Of a stretch of DNA of 64,000 nt, positions 1 through 9,721 are shown piece by piece. Below the pieces are notes generated by a model that did not search any database, had not been told where the DNA came from, and saw only the letters and a list, made by a program, of their open reading frames with translations. Positions within the stretch are counted from its first letter, which is position 1. Every line of letters begins with the position of its first letter. Position numbers and translations under genes: made by a program. Source of the stretch: Candidatus Omnitrophota bacterium (lineage in GTDB: Bacteria; Omnitrophota; Gorgyraeia; Zapsychrales; Fredricksoniimonadaceae); contig JADFZK010000002.1 in NCBI GenBank assembly GCA_015232565.1, positions 64,935-128,934 of the forward strand. The letters are read 5' to 3'.

Positions 1-2
1 CG

Positions 3-104
3 GCTTTCGAAGTTGAGATCCAGGGCACCGGCGACTTGTCTAATGACAGTGCCGAGATCCTGAAGAAAGCTATCGGTGAATTTAAAGCGGAATTTAAAAA
101 GTAA
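3..104 (+). CDS. atpA: ATP synthase F1 alpha subunit, C-terminal end (5'-truncated by the window edge)
   Basis: Frame 3 reads through to a stop at 102-104 with a peptide ending in KAEFKK. It sits immediately upstream of atpG-atpD-atpC in the canonical F1 operon order. The peptide is too short to confirm by sequence alone. Confidence 0.45.
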   Translation, partial: AFEVEIQGTGDLSNDSAEILKKAIGEFKAEFKK

Positions 105-110
105 GCATCT

Positions 111-2371
<2,261 letters not shown>

Positions 2372-2380
2372 TCCTTCGCG

Positions 2381-2665
2381 ATGAGCCGAACTTTTAACGT
2401 TTCCATTGTTACTCCCGAGCGCAGTCTTTTTGAAGGGCCGGCGGTGTATCTGGCTGTTCCGGGCGGTGAAGGGAATATGGGGATTTTACCCGACCATGCT
2501 CCGTTACTATCTACCTTGTTACCCGGCCAGTTCGAGATAAGGCTCGATGAGGTAGCGGCCAAGCCGCTGTTCTTTAAGACTCAGAAGCCGGGTTTTATCG
2601 AAGTTAACAAGAACATTGTTTCCATCCTTTTGGATGCCGCTGATTCTTTTGCCCTGGCGCAATAG
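2381..2665 (+). CDS. atpC: ATP synthase F1 epsilon subunit
   Basis: 94 aa immediately after atpD. The N-terminal beta-sandwich region (VSIVTPERSLFEGPAVYLAVPGGEGNMGILPDHAPL) is characteristic of epsilon subunits. Confidence 0.85.
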   Translation: MSRTFNVSIVTPERSLFEGPAVYLAVPGGEGNMGILPDHAPLLSTLLPGQFEIRLDEVAAKPLFFKTQKPGFIEVNKNIVSILLDAADSFALAQ

Positions 2666-2669
2666 TACT

Positions 2670-4043
2670 ATGAATCTTCTGCATTACATTACTCAACATT
2701 TCTTCCGCAATCCTACCCGCGTGGCCGTAACGTCCTTTATGTTACTGGTGTCTACCGGAAGCATTCTGTTAAAATTACCCTGGGCGACCAATCCGGGCCA
2801 TATATCCTGGGTAGACGCGATCTTTACCGCCACTTCGGCTTGCAGTGTGACCGGACTAGGGGTACTGGATACCGGCACCTATTTTACTTTCGCCGGACAA
2901 TTGATAATATTGCTTTTGGTCCAGGTGGGAGGCGTGGGCATTATGACTTTCTCCACGCTGTTCATCCTGATGTCCGGGCGCAAGCCGGGGATCGTGGGCG
3001 GGCAGACTATCAAGGACACTTACACCCAGACGGGAGAGCGGCATCCGGCGGAGATATTAAAAGATGTGTTGCTCTTCACTCTTTTTATTGAAGCTCTGGG
3101 GGCGGCCTTGTTATTTGTGCGTTTTGCCCAGGAGTATCCGCTCCCAAAGGCGGTGTTCCTTTCGATCTTCCACTCAATATGCGCTTTTTGTAATGCCGGG
3201 TTTTCCTTATTTTCGAATAGCCTTATTGCTTATCGCGGCGACTGGTTGGTAAGCCTTACTATCGGCGGACTCATTATTCTGGGAGGCCTGGGCTTTCTGG
3301 TTTTCTCGGATATCAAACGGGCTATTCTTTCCCCGAATCGTTTCTGGAAAGAAGTAAGCTTGCAGTCTAAAGTGGTGGTTACTGCTACAATCATTATTCT
3401 GGTGGCCAGTACGGTTATTTTGCTCTGGATGGAGCGGAATTACACTTTAACGGGCCTGCCGCTTAATGAGAAGATCCTGGCCTCATTTTTTCAGTCAGTC
3501 ACGGCGCGTACAGCCGGATTTAATACCGTTGATATTGGCGCCATGGCAAATGAAAGCCTGCTTTTTATGATAGTCTTGATGTTCATCGGCGCTGGCCCCG
3601 GCTCGACCGCGGGCGGCGTGAAAATAACCACTGCCAGCGTACTGGTGCTCCTGGGCCTGGCGCATTTGAACGGCGAGGAACGGCCCCATATGTTTTTCCG
3701 TTCCATAAGTAAAGCCACTCTCGGCAAAGCGGTAAGTACGGTCCTTTTAAGTGTTATTGTTCTGGTCGGAATCGTTATTCTTTTGCAGATCTCCGAGGAA
3801 GGCAACCCGTTCTTGCCCTCCGGGCATGCCAAATTTCTGGACTTGTCTTTCGAAACGGTCAGCGCTTTCGGGACGGTTGGGCTTTCCACTGGGATCACCG
3901 GGAAATTATCCGCGTCGGGTAAACTGATCCTTTCCATTATGATGATCATCGGTAAACTGGGGATGCTTACGCTCGCCCTGGCCATCAGCCACCGCCGGAT
4001 GAAGAAATTTTATTATTCCGAAGAAAATATTATGATCGGTTAA
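2670..4043 (+). CDS. trkH: Trk/Ktr-type potassium transporter membrane subunit (TrkH/KtrB family)
   Basis: Polytopic membrane protein with repeated selectivity-filter-like motifs (TATSACSVTGLGV, NAGFS, TARTAGFNTVD, STAGGVKITT; the glycines sit in pore loops). The ATG at 2670 is preferred over the longer ORF start at 2616, which overlaps atpC. Confidence 0.8.
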   Translation: MNLLHYITQHFFRNPTRVAVTSFMLLVSTGSILLKLPWATNPGHISWVDAIFTATSACSVTGLGVLDTGTYFTFAGQLIILLLVQVGGVGIMTFSTLFILMSGRKPGIVGGQTIKDTYTQTGERHPAEILKDVLLFTLFIEALGAALLFVRFAQEYPLPKAVFLSIFHSICAFCNAGFSLFSNSLIAYRGDWLVSLTIGGLIILGGLGFLVFSDIKRAILSPNRFWKEVSLQSKVVVTATIIILVASTVILLWMERNYTLTGLPLNEKILASFFQSVTARTAGFNTVDIGAMANESLLFMIVLMFIGAGPGSTAGGVKITTASVLVLLGLAHLNGEERPHMFFRSISKATLGKAVSTVLLSVIVLVGIVILLQISEEGNPFLPSGHAKFLDLSFETVSAFGTVGLSTGITGKLSASGKLILSIMMIIGKLGMLTLALAISHRRMKKFYYSEENIMIG

Positions 4044-4068
4044 TCCTAACATTTACCCGGAGCATACT

Positions 4069-4725
4069 ATGAAACAGATCGTTATTATCGGCCTTGGCAA
4101 TTTCGGATTTTATCTGGCCCAGGAGCTGTCCCTGAAAGGTTACGAGATCATTGCGATCGACAAGAACCAGGCGAAGGTCCAGGACGCCCAGGAATTTGTT
4201 ACCCAGGCGATTGTTGCTGACGCTACTGATATTTCGGTGCTCCGTTCACTGGGGGTGGAGTCGGCGGACCTGGTAATTGTTTGTATCGGTTCCAACTTGA
4301 GCGATTCTATTTTGACTACTTTAAATGTTAAGGATATGGGGATTAAAAAGATCTATGCCAAAGCCTTAAGTGAATCGCATGGCCGCATCCTGGAGAAGCT
4401 TGGCGCCAGTGAAGTATTCTTCCCCGAGAAAGACCTGGCCATTGCGGTGGCCCGCAAGGTGCATAATCCGAATATGATCGACTATATTCCTTTTATTGAA
4501 GGCTACACTATTGTGGAGCTGGCGCCGCCCAAAGGTTTTATCGGCAAGCGCTTGCGCGATATGAATCTGATAAATAAATATCAGGTGCAGGTGATCGCTG
4601 TTAAAGACGTGCTGAAGGATTTTGTAAATATTGTTCCGACCGGCGAGTATATGATCAAGGACAGCGATATACTTATTTTGCTGGGCCTAAAGGAAAATAT
4701 CGAACGTATACGCGAGATCTCTTGA
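4069..4725 (+). CDS. trkA: Trk/Ktr system NAD-binding regulatory subunit (TrkA-N and TrkA-C domains)
   Basis: The N-terminal Rossmann motif IVIIGLGNFG is followed by the EIIAIDKN pattern of TrkA_N. A TrkA_C-like domain occupies the C-terminal half. It is adjacent to trkH. Confidence 0.8.
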   Translation: MKQIVIIGLGNFGFYLAQELSLKGYEIIAIDKNQAKVQDAQEFVTQAIVADATDISVLRSLGVESADLVIVCIGSNLSDSILTTLNVKDMGIKKIYAKALSESHGRILEKLGASEVFFPEKDLAIAVARKVHNPNMIDYIPFIEGYTIVELAPPKGFIGKRLRDMNLINKYQVQVIAVKDVLKDFVNIVPTGEYMIKDSDILILLGLKENIERIREIS

Positions 4726-4750
4726 CAAAAAGCTTCTGGCGGTATATCTT
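4722..4750 (+). promoter_or_regulatory. Candidate sigma70 promoter upstream of the HTH-receiver regulator gene
   Basis: TTGACA at 4722-4727, followed by a 15-17 nt spacer and then TATATC/TATCTT. It lies in the 73-nt gap after trkA. Confidence 0.4.
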
Positions 4751-4798
4751 TACTGTAAGTTTGTACCAGAAAAACTAGAAAAACAGGATGGTGGTTAT

Positions 4799-5389
4799 AT
4801 GTCAAATGAAAAGCCTTTAACAACCGGTGAAGTGGCCGACCTGACCCATGTGCATTTAAGGACGGTCTTGCAATGGATCCATGATGGAAAGCTTAAGGCG
4901 TACCGCACGCCCGGTAATCACAGCCGCATCCAGGTTTTGGACTTTATTGATTTCCTGAAAACTTACAATATGCCGATCCCCGAATTTCTGTCTTTACGGG
5001 GCAGTACCCGCAAGATCCTGATCGTGGATGATGATGCCAACATGGTGAGTTCTTTAAAACGCCTTTTCAAGAAAGATTCGTCCTTCGAAGTGGATGTGGC
5101 TTATGACGGCTTTGAGGCGGGTATTAAATTGTTGTTGTTCAAGCCGGATATAGTTATCCTCGACATGAGAATGCCCGGGATGAACGGCTATGAAGTGGCC
5201 CAGAAAGTGAAGCGTTCACCGAATTGTGTTCATACCGCCATCATCGGGGTTTCGGCGTATTTTGAAGAAGCCGATAAAAGGCGTTTGCTGGAGATCGGGG
5301 TAGAAGCTTGCGTGGATAAGCCGTTTAATTCCGAGGCCCTTTTGGCCCAGGTGCATTCGTTAATGAATGTGGTGAAAGCCAAAGGCTGA
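4799..5389 (+). CDS. Response regulator with an N-terminal excisionase/MerR-like HTH and a C-terminal receiver (REC) domain
   Basis: The N-terminus TTGEVADLTHVHLRTVLQWIHDGKLKAYRTPGNHSRI is a helix-turn-helix of the HTH_17/excisionase type. It is followed by KILIVDDD...DIVILDMRMPGMNGYEV with the phospho-acceptor Asp in DMRMP. It is paralogous to the protein encoded at 59548-60165. Confidence 0.75.
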   Translation: MSNEKPLTTGEVADLTHVHLRTVLQWIHDGKLKAYRTPGNHSRIQVLDFIDFLKTYNMPIPEFLSLRGSTRKILIVDDDANMVSSLKRLFKKDSSFEVDVAYDGFEAGIKLLLFKPDIVILDMRMPGMNGYEVAQKVKRSPNCVHTAIIGVSAYFEEADKRRLLEIGVEACVDKPFNSEALLAQVHSLMNVVKAKG

Positions 5390-5397
5390 TCGCCCGT

Positions 5398-6336
5398 ATG
5401 CCTTGTTTACCAGCGCTTTTTGTAGAGCGCTTAAAGCACATTATTCCCGTCAGCCAGTATGAAAGTGTGCTCGCCACGTTTGCCGGCGCCAGGGCTTTCG
5501 CTTTCCGGGTTAATACTCTTAAAATGAATTCCGCGGATACGTCCAGGATCTTGGAAACCCTGGGAGTATCCGCTTCTTTTCATCCGGCCTTACCGGATGT
5601 TTTTATCGTTCCTGCCGTTGCTCGAGATCAGATCCGCGAACTGGAATATTTTTCGGATGGCCGCTGGTATTGGCAGGCGCCTTCCAGCCTTTTGCCGGCT
5701 TTAGTGCTGGCTCCGGGCGCTGGTGAAAGTGTGCTGGACCTTTGTGCGGCGCCGGGCAGTAAGACCACGCAAATGGCCGCGCTGGTGGGGCCCCAGGGCG
5801 CTATAACGGCGGTTGAGGTTATCAAAGGGCGGTTCTTTAAACTTAAGTCGGTTTGTGCTTTGACCGGGGTGACTAATGTTAAATGCCTGCTTACTGACGG
5901 CCGCCGGTTTCGTCCGCCGCCCGAATTGTTTGCTAAAGTTTTGGTGGACGCGCCTTGCAGTTCCGAGGGGCGTTTTGACATCAATAATAAAAAGTCTTTT
6001 GGTTTCTGGAGCCCGCACAAGATCAAAGAGATGGCTCATAAGCAAAAAGGCTTGTTGCTTAACGCCGGGCGTTGTGTAAAGGACGGCGGCGTATTAGTGT
6101 ATTCCACTTGTACTTTTGCACCCGAAGAGAATGAAACGGTGGTGGACTGGTTCCTTAAGAAAACCAAAGGCGAGTTTATTCTGGAAGCTTTTGACCTGCC
6201 GGGTGTGCCGCGCTATCCGGCATTGCAGAGCTATGAGCGGCGTGAATATGCGGCCGACCTGTCGGCCTGCTGGCGGGTTCTTCCCGACGGTGTTTTTTCC
6301 GGATTCTTTATGGCGAGGCTGCGAAAGAAGTTATGA
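5398..6336 (+). CDS. rRNA cytosine-C5 methyltransferase of the RsmB/RsmF (NOL1/NOP2/Sun) family
   Basis: SAM-binding motif VLDLCAAPGSKTTQMA, catalytic DAPCSSEG and the TC-motif (YSTCTF). There is no NusB-like N-terminal domain, which makes it RsmF-like. Confidence 0.8.
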   Translation: MPCLPALFVERLKHIIPVSQYESVLATFAGARAFAFRVNTLKMNSADTSRILETLGVSASFHPALPDVFIVPAVARDQIRELEYFSDGRWYWQAPSSLLPALVLAPGAGESVLDLCAAPGSKTTQMAALVGPQGAITAVEVIKGRFFKLKSVCALTGVTNVKCLLTDGRRFRPPPELFAKVLVDAPCSSEGRFDINNKKSFGFWSPHKIKEMAHKQKGLLLNAGRCVKDGGVLVYSTCTFAPEENETVVDWFLKKTKGEFILEAFDLPGVPRYPALQSYERREYAADLSACWRVLPDGVFSGFFMARLRKKL

Positions 6337-7265
6337 ATCTATCAAATATTTTACAACATTGGGATATTAATTTCGCGCGTGAGCGTGAAGATTTTGTTAT
6401 TGCCGGCAGTCCGGAACGTACCGAAACGCGCCTGGTAATAGAAGACCAGAGCGCTAAATTGTTTGTACTGGAGGCGGTAGCGGGAGGGCTGTTGGCCAAG
6501 AAGCGCCGCATTGCACAGATCCTCGAACATCTAAGTACGCCCGGTTTACCGGAAGTATTTGCGTATCGGCGCAGCAGATCGGGCAAGCATATTTTGCCGT
6601 ATGAAGGCCGTTTCTGGCAAGTAGTGCCGTATGTCCCGGGCATACAACTGGACCGGCCAAAATATGTTTTTGAGGCCTGGCGCGGAACCGCGGCGGCGGA
6701 TTTCTTGTTACGCCTGCGTAATGCGGCCCCGGCGTTGAATGAACCCGTTTTCTCCTTGCCGGATTATATCGAACATTTAATGCCTGCTATTCAGAAGAAT
6801 CGCCCGGAAGTCCTGCCAAAAGTTAACTTGATCTACGAACATGTAAAAAAGCATCTGTTCCCGGTGTATAGCGCTCTGCCGGTATGTTTTGCCCACGGGG
6901 ACTTGCATGCTATTAATATCATCTGGAAAGAACAAGGCATTGCCGCGGTAATTGACTGGGAGTTCTGCGGGTTAAAGCCCGAGCTTTATGATGCGGCGAA
7001 CATGGTTACCTGCCTGGGCATTGAAGACCCTGAATGTTTATGGAGTGGCGCGCCGGTTAGTTTTATGGAGCGTTTACGGGCCTCGGGCCGTTATTCGGCG
7101 TTAAGCTTTAAACACTTTCCGGCTTTACTGATCGGCCTGCGTTTTGCCTGGCTCTCGGAATGGCTGCGCAAGAATGACGACGAGATGCTCAGGATGGAAT
7201 TCGATTATTTTGATGTGCTGGTGGCGTTGGCGGCAGGCGGGAGCGGGGATGGATCATCTCTTTAG
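6333..7265 (+). CDS. Aminoglycoside phosphotransferase (APH)/choline-kinase-fold kinase-like protein
   Basis: Contains the Brenner/APH catalytic motif HGDLHAINIIW and a metal-binding AVIDWEF segment. Its start overlaps the rsmB-like stop (ATGA at 6333-6336), suggesting translational coupling. Confidence 0.65.
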   Translation: MNLSNILQHWDINFAREREDFVIAGSPERTETRLVIEDQSAKLFVLEAVAGGLLAKKRRIAQILEHLSTPGLPEVFAYRRSRSGKHILPYEGRFWQVVPYVPGIQLDRPKYVFEAWRGTAAADFLLRLRNAAPALNEPVFSLPDYIEHLMPAIQKNRPEVLPKVNLIYEHVKKHLFPVYSALPVCFAHGDLHAINIIWKEQGIAAVIDWEFCGLKPELYDAANMVTCLGIEDPECLWSGAPVSFMERLRASGRYSALSFKHFPALLIGLRFAWLSEWLRKNDDEMLRMEFDYFDVLVALAAGGSGDGSSL

Positions 7266-8028
7266 CTGTCTTGACCAGGCTACTTTTAGTGTGTTCGACC
7301 AGATCTCCCGCCGGGCGGGCAAAGTGATCGGCGATTACAACCTGATAAAAGATGGTGACCGAATCCTGGTGGCGGTTTCCGGCGGTAAAGACAGCCTTAC
7401 CTTGCTTAACGTAATGATCCATCGCCGTAGTATCGCGCCGGTTAATTTTGACCTGCTGGCCATTCATGTGGACCTGGGGATGCCCGGGCCCGACCTGGGG
7501 TTGTTGGAAGCGTACCTTAAATCTACCGGAATACCCAACCATATTGCCCGGGCCGACCTGTTTAAAACTTCCGATGGACAGAAACACCCCGACCTGAATT
7601 GTTTCTGGTGTTCCTGGAACCGGCGCAAGATCCTGTTTCGCTACGCTCAGCAGAACGGTTTTAACAAGATCGCTTTCGGTCATCACCTCGACGATATTGT
7701 GGAAACCATCCTGTTAAACCAGTTTTTTAAGGGTGAACTAAGTGCCATGTGCCCGCGGCAGGAGATCTTCAACGGAGCCTTGACTCTTATTCGTCCGCTG
7801 ACTTATGAGAACGAGCAAACGATCCGCACTTTTGCCAAAGGCGCCGGCATTGGCGGCCTGGGCGGCTGCCGCTGTCCGGTAGCGGCGCATACCCAGCGCG
7901 CTGCCATCAAGAAGATCATCAGCGAAATGGAAAAAGTCACTCCGGCATTAAAGATCAATATCTTTAACAGCTTAAAGAACATCAAGCCGGAGTACATTCC
8001 TGAGAACATGATTGAAAATTTATTTTGA
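7249..8028 (+). CDS. ttcA: tRNA 2-thiocytidine biosynthesis protein TtcA (PP-loop ATP pyrophosphatase)
   Basis: PP-loop VAVSGGKDS plus Fe-S cysteine motifs CFWCSWNRR and CRCPV. The ATG at 7249 (MDHLFS) is preferred because the longer ORF from 7144 overlaps the upstream gene. Confidence 0.8.
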   Translation: MDHLFSCLDQATFSVFDQISRRAGKVIGDYNLIKDGDRILVAVSGGKDSLTLLNVMIHRRSIAPVNFDLLAIHVDLGMPGPDLGLLEAYLKSTGIPNHIARADLFKTSDGQKHPDLNCFWCSWNRRKILFRYAQQNGFNKIAFGHHLDDIVETILLNQFFKGELSAMCPRQEIFNGALTLIRPLTYENEQTIRTFAKGAGIGGLGGCRCPVAAHTQRAAIKKIISEMEKVTPALKINIFNSLKNIKPEYIPENMIENLF

Positions 8029-8056
8029 TATAGGTGTTTCGTGTGTTATATTTAGG

Positions 8057-8074
8057 TTAGTTCATATGAACTAA
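8057..8074. promoter_or_regulatory. Perfect 18-bp palindrome TTAGTTCATATGAACTAA, a likely autoregulatory operator of the TA operon
   Basis: The palindrome lies about 14 nt upstream of the antitoxin start. It is followed by the RBS AAGAAGGGAG. Type II TA operons are usually autorepressed at such palindromes. Confidence 0.45.
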
Positions 8075-8087
8075 GAAGGGAGTTACT

Positions 8088-8327
8088 ATGGTTTCAGTTA
8101 ACACACACCAGGCGAAAACAAAACTCTCCGCACTATTGGCCGCTGTGCAATTTAAGGGTGAGCGAGTGATAATTTGCCGCCATGGAACACCGGTGGCCGA
8201 ATTAACACCTTTTCGCGGAGTGCCTAAAGATCCGTTTCACCAGGATCCTGCCCTGAAGAAAGTCATTTTTAAAGGCTCGCCGATGGACCCTCTTGATGAT
8301 GAAGAGTGGTCCAGGAAGATCAGGTAA
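8088..8327 (+). CDS. Type II antitoxin of the Phd/YefM family
   Basis: 79 aa with N-terminal HQAKTKLSALLAAVQFKGERVIICRHGTPVAELTP, typical of Phd/YefM. It lies directly upstream of a PIN toxin gene. Confidence 0.7.
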   Translation: MVSVNTHQAKTKLSALLAAVQFKGERVIICRHGTPVAELTPFRGVPKDPFHQDPALKKVIFKGSPMDPLDDEEWSRKIR

Positions 8328-8333
8328 ATACCT

Positions 8334-8720
8334 ATGATAATCCTGGATACCTGCGCTTTGCTTTGGCTGGCTGCTGATCAGAAAGAATTATCGTTAAAAG
8401 CCCGTGCGGCTATCACGAAACATGCCCAGACCTTGTACATTTCCGCGATCTCGGCTTTCGAACTGGCGGTAAAACAACGTCGTAAGAAACTAATACTACC
8501 TTTGCCGGCGGGGGAATGGTACGCTAAAACTTTGGATCATCATGGTATTCAGGAGATCGTTGTGTCTTCTGATATCTTGGTGCGTTCGGTAAACCTGCCG
8601 TCACTCCATAATGATCCTTGCGATCGTATAATTATTGCTACGGCCTTGCATCATCGTTGCCCGATACTCACCTGTGACAGCTGGATATCCCGTTACCCAA
8701 TTGTTACAACCATATGGTAA
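8334..8720 (+). CDS. vapC: PIN-domain toxin VapC
   Basis: 128 aa. Starts MIILDTCALLWL with the conserved acidic residues D5, E(FELAV) and D(DPCDRIIIATA) of PIN nucleases. There is a 6-nt gap from the antitoxin. Confidence 0.8.
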   Translation: MIILDTCALLWLAADQKELSLKARAAITKHAQTLYISAISAFELAVKQRRKKLILPLPAGEWYAKTLDHHGIQEIVVSSDILVRSVNLPSLHNDPCDRIIIATALHHRCPILTCDSWISRYPIVTTIW

Positions 8721-8775
8721 ATTGCATTCCGGAACATGCTCAATTACGACTGGATAAAATTACTGGAGGCATGAA

Positions 8776-8994
8776 ATGACTGTTTATACGTATTCCAACG
8801 CTCGTCAAAATCTATCCAGAGTTCTCGACAAAGCCCGCAGGGAAGGGGAAGTGCTTATTAAACGCCAGGATGGCAGCCTGTTTTCTCTTAGGCGAGCATT
8901 GCCTGTTACGTCACCCCTTGATGTTACCGGCATCGCTACGAATATTTCCCGACATGACATCCTGGCCGCAGTCCGCGAATCACGTTCGCGCTGA
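8776..8994 (+). CDS. Orphan Phd/YefM-like antitoxin with no cognate toxin gene downstream
   Basis: 72 aa with N-terminal YSNARQNLSRVLDKARREGEVLIKRQDGSLFSL, an antitoxin-like fold signature. The RBS GGAGG lies 6 nt upstream. The downstream 290 nt contains only short repeats and no toxin-sized ORF. Confidence 0.5.
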   Translation: MTVYTYSNARQNLSRVLDKARREGEVLIKRQDGSLFSLRRALPVTSPLDVTGIATNISRHDILAAVRESRSR

Positions 8995-9090
8995 CGTTCT
9001 TAACATCCGTACCTGCGCTATTAAAACGTCATTGCGAGGAGCGAGCCAGTGTTTTCGTGTGGCGAGCGAAGAAGCAATCAACGTAAATAA

Positions 9091-9130
9091 TTCAATGTGT
9101 CCCGGTTTACTTCAATGTGTCCCGGTTTAC
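9091..9130 (+). repeat. Two tandem copies of a 20-bp unit, TTCAATGTGTCCCGGTTTAC
   Basis: Exact duplication at 9091-9110 and 9111-9130. A 17/20 inverted copy (AACCGGGACACATTGAA) is at 26214-26232. Confidence 0.8.
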
Positions 9131-9424
9131 TTAAGCCATTGTCCCGCAATGTTTTGTGTTTCTTCTGGTTTGTCGTAAATCAATCGCAAATCATTCTGAA
9201 AACACCTTGAATTCCTACCCGCTGTATGGTTAGATAGTGCATCTCCATCTATAAATTCTTTTTAAATTCTTATCTACTCAGGGTTGACTTTTTTCATGCC
9301 CTTATTTGAATACACTAAAAGATTTAACTTTTTAATAGCCCAACGCACGACCACTGTGACGTGTAAGCTATTGAACGCCTGCCGGCATGCCTTTTGCACC
9401 CCGTTAATTAATGATTTATTCATG

Positions 9425-9530
9425 TTCGTAGGGGCGGACTTTATGTCCGCCCGGCAATATGACGATTCTTCAATGCGTCAGACAAAAAACGTCATTACGC
9501 CGGGCGGACATAAAGTCCGCCCCTACGGAC
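9425..9530. repeat. REPIN/BIME-like element: two inverted REP-like hairpin units flanking a roughly 45-nt spacer
   Basis: Left arm CGTAGGGGCGGACTTTATGTCCGCCCGGC at 9427-9455. Right arm GCCGGGCGGACATAAAGTCCGCCCCTACG at 9499-9527 is its exact reverse complement. Each arm is itself a hairpin (GGGCGGAC/GTCCGCCC stem) next to a conserved GTAG. The spacer contains its own ATGACG...CGTCAT inverted repeat. Confidence 0.75.
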
Positions 9531-9721
9531 AGATAAGAATTCCATTACTTCACGCAATAGACCAGTTCCGCCCAGGCTTACATGTTGAAATTCCATCGCA
9601 TCGAATTATAGCCAAGGGCGAACCCGGCGCCCCGGTAGAGATTTCATCCCGTCGAACTTTAGCGAAGGTCGGGCCGAGCACCCTTGTGAACTCGCATTTG
9701 GCGTTGCGGGTGGTGGCGGGC

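Noticed and set aside
2616-2669. Longer start for trkH overlapping atpC
   Set aside because: The first 18 codons (MFPSFWMPLILLPWRNST) overlap the atpC 3' end. The ATG at 2670 gives a typical TrkH N-terminus and a non-overlapping arrangement.
7144-7248. Upstream extension of the ttcA ORF (MPGSRNGCARMTTRCSG...)
   Set aside because: It overlaps the 3' end of the kinase-like gene in another frame and is Trp/Arg/Cys-rich. The TtcA-homologous sequence starts at MDHLFS (7249).
8870-9178. 102-aa + strand ORF overlapping the end of the orphan antitoxin gene in another frame
   Set aside because: No recognisable domain. It overlaps a better-supported gene and runs across the 20-bp tandem duplication. 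It is not toxin-like (no RelE/ParE/PIN motifs).
9284-9721. The first 146 codons of the ORF-track giant protein (MTFFMPLFEY...)
   Set aside because: This upstream extension reads through the REPIN palindrome and has no signal peptide. The hydrophobic signal sequence begins at 9698/9722, so the true start is there and 9284-9721 is a 5' leader.
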